From: the human T2T-CHM13v2.0 reference genome, Homo sapiens
Direction: 5' to 3' (one strand)
Assembly (NCBI RefSeq): GCF_009914755.1
Contig: NC_060928.1
Length of the DNA: 64,000 nt
The notes under the pieces are model-generated. The model searched no databases, had not been told where the DNA came from, and saw only the letters and a list, made by a program, of their open reading frames with translations. Shown one piece after another: positions 41,694 through 64,000 of this stretch (within the stretch, counting starts at the first letter, position 1; every line of letters starts with the position of its first letter). The translations under genes were made by a program, and so were the position numbers.

Positions 41694-42666
41694 ACATTTT
41701 TAAAAGACTGTTGCTGTAACTTTTTTTTTCTTTTTAAACCAGGATCTAGTTGAGGGTTGCAGATAGCTCGTTTGCATGCACACACATACAGATGCCTTTT
41801 TACTTGTTTGGGGGACAGTCTGGTGATGTTTTTTAGCCCCTTGTGGCTGGCCCCTGGCAGCCAGGTCAGACATGGGCAGGCATGTCCCCTGGTCCTGGGG
41901 TCAGGCTGGCCTCTGGGCCCTGGCCTAGTTCCCAGGGAGGCCCAGCTGTTGTAGTAGAGCCTCGTTCAGAGCCTGGCATACAGGGCTCCGGAGACAGTTT
42001 CTGAGTGGGACTAGGTGTGGTGGATGGCGGGGCGGACAGAAGGAAGGACTAATCATTGCTGATGGAAGAGAGCCCTTCACTGTTGGTCCTTGGAGGGGCC
42101 GCTGCTCTGGTTGCAATTCAGAGGAGGCACAGGGCAACCGCTGCTGGTGCTGTACAGGGCGGGCTGGCTGCCCACCAGCTCCCCAAGGTGGCACACACCT
42201 GGACAGCTCATCACTTCCAGCTGCTGGCCACGGCCTGGCAGAGCTCAGACGCAGCCTGGTTGGTGTTAGGGTGCCTCCAAAGGTCTACCTCCTGCTAAAA
42301 AAGTTAGAGCGGGCTCAGGCATGCACTTAGGCCCCAGGCCACAAATTCACCAGGGTCGACCTGGACAGTCAGACAAGAGTGGTGGAGACAGGGAACAGCA
42401 CATGCAAATATCCTAAGGCTGTGAGGTCCACTGACGCCAAAGCCAGCAGGGAACAACACATACAATCAGAAGGATCAAGGGCCATGTCTGCAGGTACCTG
42501 TGGAGATGCAGGCCACAGCACCACAGCGTTAGCAGGGGGTACCTCCAGGCAAGAGACAGAAGAGTGCGAGGTCAAAGGAGGCTTTCACATTTGTACCCCA
42601 GTTATGCATATAGTTAGTACACCTGTAATACTTTTTTAAAAAAATGTTAAGTTTAAAAAAAAAAAA

Positions 42667-43585
<919 letters not shown>

Positions 43586-43640
43586 GCCGGGCCGAGCGCG
43601 CCCCACCCGCTTGCGGGCCACCCCCTACACCCGCCGCCCC

Positions 43641-43646
43641 AATAAA
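43641..43646 (+). terminator. Polyadenylation signal of CFAP99
   Basis: AATAAA 55 nt after the stop codon, the only AT-rich hexamer in a GC-rich stretch. Confidence 0.85.
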
Positions 43647-44863
43647 GAGTGCGGCCCGCGGTGCGCGCCTCCTCTTCCTTGGCCGGGCCCCCCTCGGCCC
43701 CGGCCCCCCTGCCTCCGCACCCCGACCGCACCCCTCTCCCTTCCTAGCCCCCGTCTGCCCAGAAAAGCATTGCCGGATAAAAGGCAGGACGCCCAGTTAC
43801 TGCGTGGGGACAAACTTAGGCTAAAAATGTATCCTCTCCTTATCGGGAATTCAACTGAACTGGGCATCCTGCATTTTTATAAGCGAAATCTGGCCACCCC
43901 GGCCCAGGTCCTAGCACTTCCCTACAGCCTAGCATAAGGCATTCCTGGTGCGCACCCCTTCGAAACTCCCAGAACCCCTTCAGATGTGGAAATTTGGAAC
44001 ACCCACCCTTTGCCGGCATCCAGGTGGCTTCACCTAGGGAACCCCCGAGACTGAGTGGCGACTGTGAGTGTACGTTTGGCTGGGGAAGTGGCCAGGATTC
44101 TTGAGCGCCAACGTTGCACTGGCCCTTCACGCGCCTCCACCATCCTCACTACGGTCCAGGGACGTAGGAACTGGCCTGCCCCTGTTCTGCTGATGAAGCC
44201 ACAGGTGCTCAAAGAGGCGATGTGACCGGCCTAGAAGGCCAAAACCCAGAGCTGCGCCTGGGAGCACCCCCTCCTCCCCTTTCTCTAGCATCAGAAGCAG
44301 CCCAGATCCAACAAGATCAGGGCCAATGGAGGCAGGACTTCACCCAAGGCAGGGACCAAGATGGATTGGTTCTGCAGTGTCCCGGGACTCCGTGGGCTAC
44401 AGAAGGCTCCACCTTGAGGACAGGCTTGCTGAGTGAACGCCTGCTGGTGACAGCCTCAAGAAGAAAGTACATTAAGCCACCTTCTTCCCAGGAAAGAGAG
44501 AAAAGCGTCAAGTCCGTGGGGTGGTGAGCAGAGCAGTAAGGGGTTGGGGAGTGGAAACTGACAGATAAGCTAGATGTCCAGGGGAGATATATTTCCTTCC
44601 CCAACTCCCAATATCCTCCTTGGGCCTGCAGAGGAGATGGTGCCTCAGATGAGGAGGCTGAGTCCCAGGGTACACTCAGACCAGGAAGGCAGGCATCTCA
44701 GCAGTGACAAGAACAGGCTAAAGGACAAGAGCCCTACTCCAATATTCTGAGTTTGTGAGAACCCCAGGATTTTACCACCCAGGTAGGTAAGGAGAAGAAT
44801 TTCCACATCTCTGTAGAATTGCAGCTGGGAGCAGATTAAATTTCATTTAAAGAAATAAACATT

Positions 44864-45153
44864 GGCCAGGCAAGGGGGCTCAAACCTGTAATCCCAGCAC
44901 TTTGGGAGGCTGAGGCAGGTGGATCACCTGAGGTCAGGAGTTTAAGACCAGCCTGGCCAACATGGTGAAACCCCGTCGCTACTAAAAATACAAAAATTAG
45001 CTGGGCGTAGTGGCCGGCGCCTGTAATCCCAGTTACTCGGGAAGCTGAGGCAAGAGAATGGAGTCGCTTGAACCCAGGAGACGGAGGTTGCAGTGAGCTG
45101 AGATCGCACCACTCCAGCCTGGTGACAAGAGTCAAACTCCATCTCAAAAAAAA
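44864..45153 (+). mobile_element. AluS SINE
   Basis: Full Alu with TSD aaagaaataaacatt. Confidence 0.95.
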
Positions 45154-45737
45154 AGAAATAAACATTGCTCATATCCCGTGTTGTGTGATCCAAACCCATT
45201 TAATTTGATATTGATGGAATACATTGATGATGCCTGGCCTAGAAAGCCCCTCTGAGCTCTGGGGGTTTCAAAGGGGGATTTATTAGCTCTCATAATGCCA
45301 ATCCAAAGGCAGCAGACTTCAGGATGTACCCGATCCAGGAGCTCAGTCTCCACTCTGGTAGCAGTTCCAGCCTGAGGAACAAAGAACAGTTGCCCCAGTC
45401 TCATTGGCCTGAATTGAACATACTTGGGCTGAGCCAGTTCCTGCAGTGAGGGAAGGTCTGCATGGGTGCCTGAAGCAAGCACTGTGGCAAGGCAGGGGAA
45501 TTACCCTTCACCTAGAAGGTTGGCCTCTGGAGCAGAGGGGAGATGTGGCAGCTAACAAATTGAGGGTACTATTGGCAACACTGTTGGTTGGCAGGTAACA
45601 AGGTCTTCCCCTGCCCCCTCCTGGACTGAGCAGCCGCTTAGAGCTAGCTTGAGAGCACGTGGGGCCTCTCCTCATACAAACCTAGGTGGGAGCAGGCCTC
45701 GGACCATTCCCTAAAGTTGTGGCCTGGGAGTAGGCAT

Positions 45738-46181
45738 TGTGTGATAGAGTGATGGCAAAATGTCTGTGTATCCCTGCCCCTTGCCTTGTGACTTTACACC
45801 TCCCATCGAGAGGTGGAGTCTATTCCCCCAGCCCTTGCATCTGGTCTGGCCTAGTGACTTTCTTTGGCTAATAGGGTGCAACAGAAGTGACCACGTGCCA
45901 GTTCTGAGTCTGGGCCTCAGGTGGCCTTGGAGCTCCCACTTGTTCTCTTGGAACCTTCGCCAGGCCCCATGTGAGCATGACTAGGGTGGCCTGCTGGGAT
46001 CAGACACCATGTGGAGGACACCATCTCAGAGGCCATCCTAGACTAGCAGAGCACAAAATGAGAGCGCAGCCGGACAAGAACCTCCCCCAACCCTGCTGTC
46101 TTATAGATTCATGAGCAACAATAAATGTCTGTCGTTCAAAGTATCAAGCTTTGGGGTGGTTTGTTCCAGAGCAACAGCTAA
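45738..46181 (+). mobile_element. MLT1F/G/H-like solo LTR
   Basis: cctcccatcgagaggtggagtctattcccc...gaagtgac...gtgccagttctgag...aataaatg...tttggggtggtttgtt...agcaacagctaa. Confidence 0.8.
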
Positions 46182-46462
46182 GGAGCACACCCTTAAGAGC
46201 CCAGGGCCTTCACACTGGGGGCCCCTGCCTCCCCTCCCTGCACAGGCAGCTAAGGGGCACACCCTTAAGAGCCCAGGGCCTTCACACTGAGGGCCCCTGC
46301 CTCCCCTCCCTGCACAGGCAGCTAAGGGGCACACCCTTAAGAGCCCAGGGCCTTCACACTGAGGGCCCCTGCCTCCCCTCCCTGCACAGGCAGCTAAGGG
46401 GCACACCCTTAAGAGCCCAGGGCCTTCACACTAGGGGCCCCTGCCTTCCCTCCCTGCATAGG
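46175..46462. repeat. Minisatellite, 72-bp unit x 4
   Basis: CAGCTAAGGGGCACACCCTTAAGAGCCCAGGGCCTTCACACTGAGGGCCCCTGCCTCCCCTCCCTGCACAGG at 46175, 46247, 46319 and 46391. Confidence 0.97.
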
Positions 46463-46857
46463 CTCTTTACAGAGAATCAAGCTACTCCCCCAAAGGGGGC
46501 CAGCCAGAGTGAGATATGGCCCAGCTAGTGCTGACAATCCCTCTCTGAACCTTTCCTGGCTGGACTGCCTGGGGAGTGGACATTTTGCCTGAGTACAGGC
46601 TAGTCAGAAGATCCTTGTTGATAGCATCTGAGACCCACTTGGGCAGGGGCTTTCTTTGGAAATAGTGAAGAAACAGATTTAGTAGCTGGTGTGAGGCCCA
46701 GGAACCTGCATTCAGCTGGTTTCGACTTGTGGGACTATGGGAGCACCAAGGTGCCGGTCTTTTCTCTAAGCTGCAGGCGTTCAGGGCCCAAGGGAAGCGC
46801 TATTTGTGAAGGAACAAGTTCAGTGCAAGTGAGGCTTGGAGAAGACTTGAAAGCAGC

Positions 46858-48924
<2,067 letters not shown>

Positions 48925-49129
48925 CTCACTGTAAGGAAACAATGTAACCCAAGGCATTTGGGGTGACCTTCACGTTGCCTGAGGGTGCCGAGGGACCAGA
49001 GATGCTGGCCACGGACTAAGGTCTGGGTATTCTCAGGCAGCAGGGACAAGGTGGGCTTTTTTCCTGGTTGCTAAACCCACGTCAAAGTCGAGCTCAGGGA
49101 CTGGAGCTCAAGAAACCCACCGCCCATTC

Positions 49130-50720
49130 TCCAGTCCGACCGGGGACCTGCATGCACCTCTGCCGTGCTGCCCTGAGTCCTCCAATCCTCCACACTCTTC
49201 CTCTGTTATGTACACGTCTCCACCCAGGCCTGCAAAAGTCCCAGCTTCCTCGCAGGGGCAGGGACCCGCACGCCGGCCCAGGGCTTGGCACGCGGGGATG
49301 CTGAAACAGGGCCAGGCCTGGTTTCCAGCCGATCGTCAGAGTCCCAAGGCCCAGCAACCTTCCTCACAAAGGCCTCGTTAAGAGGCGAGGAAACAAGAGC
49401 CGGGAGAGGGGCGCGGAACGGCGGGCGGGACGAACGACCAGCTCCGCGCCTCCGGCCAGCTGCGTCGAGCCAGGGGCACCGCGGCTGTTGTGCGGCTGGA
49501 AATCTAGGAATGGGAAGGTTCGGGGCCTGCTCGGCTCCGGAGGCAGCTGGCGGGTCGTCCCTGGCGGCGTTGGAGCGGTCAGTGGCAGCCGGGCACGGGC
49601 GACCGGGTCGCCCGGGTCGCCCTCAGACCGTGACTCCCGAAAAGCCTTGCGGGCGGGGCGCGCCCGCGCCGTCTCTTGCCGGAAGGTGCGAGTTAGTGCG
49701 CTCGATTGTGGGCGGGGGCGGAAAGAGGCGCGTTTTAAAGTGGTAACAGATGGTTTTCTTATCCAATAGGATTAAAAAATTTGTCCTTACCCGGCCGACC
49801 GCGGAAGTAGAGTAGGCGGGCGGCCAATGGGGACATGATGGGGGACGGAGCCGAGGCCTCCGAAGCGGAAGTGGGTTGCTGTTGAGGCGGCGGCATCTTT
49901 CTCGAGGAGCTCTCCTGGGCGGCTGAAGAAGGAGCTTCTTCTCCGGAGTGCGCCGGCGGTGGCGCCTGCGGACCTAACTAGCTCCAGGTTAGGCCGAGCT
50001 TTGCGGGAAAGCAGCGGTAAGTCAGGGCCTTGCAGATGCGAGGTTTAGGCAGCTTCGCGGCCTACAGAGGCCTCGGCCCGCGCCTCTTGGGGGAGCCGCG
50101 CTGCGCGGCTTGACCCAGCCGAGGCTTTGCAGCCCGGGACCTCGAGCCAGCTCTGGTCGCTCGCACTACCGTCCGCGCGGGCGCACCGAGCCCGGCTTGG
50201 CGCGGGCAACAGAAGTTAGGAGGTCTGCGTCTGGGTCTCGGCTCACCCTGGGGGGCCGCGGCCATGGGGCTTAGTTCCTAGCCTAGGAAGGGAAACTGAG
50301 ACTCTGGGAGGGGCAGGAACGCCCCCAAGGTCACTTGGAAAGTCGGGCAGGATGTGCTGTTAGGGGGAAGACCCGGGCAGGGTTTTTGTTCCCCGCTGAC
50401 GACGCCTCCTTTGTGTGTTCGCGCCGCCGCCCCGCCATCGTGGGGCCTGCGAGTTTGCCGGGGTGCGTGGGCCGCGTGGCGGGGCCTTTTGTAGGTCGGG
50501 AGGATCTGAGTACGGGTGCGGGCCTGACCGTGGGGGCGCCGAGGTCGCAGTCTAAAACTTAGTAGGGCCTCGATTTCCGGGCGCGCTTCCGGGCCCCGGC
50601 TGGTGGTTGGTGGAACGTGCGACTGTGAGGCTTGCGGCCCAGCCCTGCACCGCTCGGGCCCTTCACCGCTCTGGCGCGCCTATAGACAGGTGTATGAAGA
50701 TTCTCACGACCCGAAACAGA
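49130..50720 (+). promoter_or_regulatory. RNF4: CpG-island promoter of RNF4
   Basis: Dense CpG; GC box at ~49710-49717; CCAAT at 49763-49767 and 49824-49828; ETS/GABP CGGAAGT at 49802-49808 and 49866-49872; no TATA box. Confidence 0.85.
49870..50016 (+). other. RNF4: RNF4 non-coding exon 1 (5'UTR; start approximate)
   Basis: Ends at the strong donor GCG|gtaagt. I recognise ...CCAGGTTAGGCCGAGCTTTGCGGGAAAGCAGCG as RNF4 5'UTR from memory, and the position fits the CFAP99-RNF4 gene order. No RNF4 coding exon lies in the window. Confidence 0.8.
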
Positions 50721-50899
50721 GTTGCTAGTAAACACCGCTTTTCCGCCTTTGATCCATCGAGGGAAGAGGGAAAAGGATAGAGCTTGGGCAAGCCGTTTTG
50801 GTAGGGATTTCAGCTTTTGTCTTTCACTTGTCGGTTCCCATAGACGTTCACAAACTTAATAATCTTCGTTCTGTTTCTGCACCAAGTTCTTGAGCCAGA

Positions 50900-51050
50900 C
50901 GTAGGGTCTCAGCTCTGGAGCCTGGCTTAGACTGTCCAACTGACTGGGGAGACTGAGGTCCAGAAAAGTGAAGTGGTCTGCCCAAGGTCACATAGCCAGC
51001 TATTTGGCAGCAGATGAGGTTAAGTCCTACCTGCAAGATTTGGGTTTTGA
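50900..51050. mobile_element. MIR SINE
   Basis: gggagactgaggtccagaaaagtgaagtggtctgcccaaggtcacatagc. Confidence 0.75.
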
Positions 51051-51548
51051 ATTCATTGACCAGGAGTTTTGGGACCACTGTCAATAAAAGAGACATTGAA
51101 GGGAATCTTTTGTTACTTTCTTGGTGATTTGCTTTTTAATGGACAAGGACATATTGGGTTCAGTTTTATCTGTGAGTTTGAGGTGAAATAGAGGCATTCG
51201 AGTAGCAAGATATATTGCTGGCTTTTGTATTGCCTGAATTTGAGCTTCCAAAAATCTTACTTTAACACATCGTTTATTGATCTTTTCTTGAATTACTACC
51301 TTTGTAAGGACCTTTTGTAAACATTGTTTTTCTAATCTTCATGAAATCTTAATGCCATACGTAAACTATTTCTTTTTATATAATGTATGCACATCTGTGC
51401 TTTGTACATAAAATGAGTAAGATTTTTCACTCTCCTCAAGATCAAAGTAGCGTATTTTTGAGGTCTCCTGTATGCCAACCTTTCTGCTTGGAATACAGCA
51501 GTAAACAGTCGTGGTCCTCCTGTAGCTGGGTGAGGATGGAGGGAATAA

Positions 51549-55918
<4,370 letters not shown>

Positions 55919-55919
55919 T

Positions 55920-56465
<546 letters not shown>

Positions 56466-56519
56466 GATTTAATATCTATGGTTGAGTGATTCCCTACTTC
56501 TTACTCTCTTACAGAACCA

Positions 56520-56650
56520 CTCTATAAGATAGTTGTTGTAGTTAGCCCCATTTTACTCTTCCTGAGGCACTGGGAGATCAGGGTCACTTGCCCAAGGTCA
56601 CACAATTAGTAAGCAGAGCTCGAAACTTCACCCCACCCCTGACTCCTACC
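56520..56650. mobile_element. MIR SINE
   Basis: ccccatttta...ctgaggcac...cacttgcccaaggtcacacaattagtaagcagagct. Confidence 0.75.
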
Positions 56651-57134
56651 TTTGTTCCTTTTGTTAGGCTTTGTTATGTCATCTGCTTTTTTTGTGTGGT
56701 GGGAAAGCACATGGCCAATGTTTCTAGAAACTTCAAATAGTAAAAACAAAATAGTATCTTTATTTTTGCTTTCACCGCAGAGGAGTCTGATAATTATCCT
56801 CAAGAAAATTTATTGATTCTCAGTGACTGTATTGTATTCCTCAAAGTTATTTTTCCTAAGTTTTCTCCTCTCACCAGCTAAGGGAAGTTGTCCTAGGGCC
56901 TAGGCATTTCCCTGTCTGCCACACCTCACCTCTTACTTTAGCCAAACTACTGCTAAATTCTGCTCCTAAATATGGCAGCATTCTGTGTTACCTGCACTAA
57001 AATTTGCTTCCCTTGTAAGTACCTTCTTGATGTCTTCCAGTGTTGGTTCTCGCCTCCTACTCTTGCAAGTTGAAAAGTTGAAAATGCCTCAGGTAGAAAT
57101 GTTCTCTCCTATTCTCCCATCATGATCATCTGTG

Positions 57135-60484
<3,350 letters not shown>

Positions 60485-60699
60485 GGTGCACACGGCTGTA
60501 CTGTCCCCCGTCCTGCTTTTAAGGCTTTCTTTGTTTCCTAATTGTGACTGTTTTTACTTGCAATGTAAAGGCTTCATTTCCCCCATCTCTGAAATTATTT
60601 TTTTCTCTTTCAAAAACACTCTGCCATCTTTTCAAGGTATCCGCCATCTCTTTCAAGCATGTGAGGAGCTTGATAACTTCTGTTGGGGGTCGGTGTTCA

Positions 60700-61306
<607 letters not shown>

Positions 61307-62313
61307 CAGACCTTGATAATTTCAGTGAGGAAAAAAAAAAAATCTCATTTACATGTTTGTGCCAAGTGCTGTGCTAGTGGGTGGGGACACCATGATAAGT
61401 ATTTGATAAGTTATGTTTCTTGATTTAAGGGAGTATAGAAGAAATGGTTAAGTCAGGACTAGGAGGAGTGAGAGAAATGGAAGCAACCTTTGAGGTAGGC
61501 CCTGAAGAACGAGCAGAAATTCCCTAAAGCGGGGTGGGAGCGGCAGGACCAACCTGGCCAACTTCGGACCTTCTTTGAGGTCCAAAGTCAGGTACTTTGA
61601 ACTGACTTCCAGGATACCTGGAGTAAAGTACAGTTCTGTTTGAAGTGTTTGTTTGGAAAGATGAGTTTGTTCCAGTGAGGTTGCTGTATTAGAGAACCAC
61701 TTGAGAGTTTGCTGCCCACAGTGTCATCTGTGAGAAATATTAGGTGAACGCAAAAAGTTGAGGCCAGCTGAACCAAGCCATGTAATATACACACCTTCCA
61801 CATAGATCAGTCACCTCAGTTGACTTGTATGTGAGCCACATTTGTGTCCATCTGATGTTACAGCATTCACTCTCTTTGCCTCCACTTCTCAATAACTCAC
61901 AATCTGTAAACTGACTGAGGCCCGCTTCCACAGAGCAAGCTTCAGGCCTTTTTCAAGGTAAAGTATCACAGTTACTTGTATTTCTTAACCATTTCTCATG
62001 TGTAGAGCTTTACTACCATTTTCACTAGATTGTTTTGTGTGTGTGTGTCACTGACAACATTTTTCAGTGTTGTGCCCTAATTCCATTTTTCCTCACAAAT
62101 GGTGGGTTTTTGCATAGCAAGATGCTTTTTTATTTTTTTTAAGGAACACATATGTCCGTAACTGCAAATGAACCCAGAAAAGTGAGGACGAGTTGGGAGG
62201 GGAGGTTGGTATGATATAAAGACTTTGACCTATGTTCTGTAGGCAATGCTTGTGATTATTTGGGAGCAATACTTGCAATATTCTTGGATATTTTGGAGCC
62301 TGGTGATTCTTAG

Positions 62314-62685
<372 letters not shown>

Positions 62686-63789
62686 TAGTCTACTTTCTAG
62701 GTAAAGTGTTGAAGGAGAGTTGAAGAGGGCCTAGATTAGGGCTTCTGGGTGCTGGATTTCTCCACCAAGATGCAAGCCCCTAGAGAGTTGAGTTTGGCTA
62801 GCCCTTTGGTGACAGCTTGTATTGTCCCTTAGCCCACAGATGCATCTGACTAAGAGTAGAAGAACATGTCTCTCTTTAGGAGCCCGGAGCCAGAGACAGT
62901 GCTGTTTGAGATTAGGCCCCCTCTGGTGTGCCCTTCGAGAATTCCCATTGTGGGGCACTGCTCAGTTGCTCCCATCTGGTATGGGTCAAATAATCAGATT
63001 TGTGAGTGTCTCACAACCATCCCTGTACCCCAGCCAACCCTGGGTTCTGAATACAGTAGAGGCAGCTAAGCTGCTAGCTGGTCTCCAGCAGGCTCTGTGC
63101 TCAGTGGCCATCAACACCAGGTAGCTTGGCAAGCCTGCCTCCTGTGCTGACTGTGGGCCCTGGGGAAGTGTCGAGGATGTTGACGGCCTCTAGCATCTGA
63201 GGTACATCTGCCCCTCGGCCTCCGGAGGAGTGGATCCTTAGGTTTCCTTCATTATCTTACCCTTTCTCCTGGCTCCCAGAAATTACCTTGTTTTTATATG
63301 AGGCCCCAAAGCCTAGGCCATCTTGGCTGATAGATGTGAAAGCCCTTTGCTCCTTTCAGGCCCCTGGGGATTTTGGTTGTAGCCTGATTGCTGGTGGCAG
63401 CTTAATCGGGGCCATAAGATAATTTTATGGAAGACCTGGTTACTTGGCATCTGAACAAGCCTCATTGCCTCTCTGAGCATAGTCTGCTGCTTTCTGCTTT
63501 GATCAAATTCATTCCTCTTGTCCCTGCAAACCTTCAGGGGAGGCCAATGTTCAAGGCCCCTGAGCCTTAGGAATAAATAACTCTGGGTGAGAACTGCCTG
63601 TCATTGGCTGTGTGCCGGCTTTCTTCAACCTCCTCTGAGTCCTGTTCTAAGTCTAAGCCGTTGTGATTAGCTACATCCTGCCAAGTCTGTTCTGGAAATG
63701 AATAAAGCCCTTGCTGAGAGCCGGAAACATTGGTTCCAGTTCCTCCTGGGGTGAAGGTTTGTTTTGCCTTTATTTAATAGCACTCATAC

Positions 63790-63980
63790 CTGTAAGAAGG
63801 GACATGCTCTCCAGCCCTTCTGATATAATACCTATTTATTACTTGATTTGTTGATCATCTTTCCAGCTAGGATATATGCTCCATGGGTAGTTTTTTGTTG
63901 CTGTTTCCCATCCCATTCCTAGCCCCTGGAGCAGTGCCTTACCCAGACTAGGCACCTGTGAATAGTTAGCAAATTAGTTG
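63790..63980 (+). mobile_element. L2 3' end
   Basis: ctaggatatatgctccatgggtag...cctggagcagtgcct...taggcacctgtgaatagtt. Confidence 0.6.
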
Positions 63981-64000
63981 ATAGAGCTGCCTTCTGGGTG

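Overview
This is human (primate) genomic DNA, not microbial: it is dense in Alu, L1, L2, MIR and MaLR repeats and includes a human-specific-type AluYa5. On the + strand I assembled 15 GT-AG coding exons (7230-43585). Their intron phases all match, and they give a 1941-nt CDS encoding 646 aa ([18 protein letters not shown]...[11 protein letters not shown]) with a Glu/Gln/Arg-rich coiled-coil C-terminal half. I recognise this as CFAP99 (cilia- and flagella-associated protein 99, 4p16.3); its promoter and non-coding first exon appear to lie just left of the window. A CpG island covers the last two exons. About 6 kb further on is a CCAAT/GC/ETS CpG-island promoter with a non-coding first exon (donor at 50016/50017) that I recognise as RNF4. 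The rest of the window is RNF4 intron 1, holding an Alu-riddled Tigger1 and a full-length, sense-oriented THE1 element. There is no CRISPR array, RNA gene or prokaryotic system, and I cannot support a wholly new biological system. The best leads are: (i) competing splice acceptors 5 nt apart that switch CFAP99 between 646 aa and a 459-aa premature-stop form; (ii) a 9 x 63-bp CpG-rich VNTR with a C/EBP/PAR-bZIP site and a RUNX core in every unit; (iii) the intronic THE1, whose two LTRs have kept complementary signals; (iv) a stop-free, in-frame last intron; (v) a 3' CpG island that could act as an upstream RNF4 promoter. Repeat subfamily names and boundaries were read by eye and are approximate.
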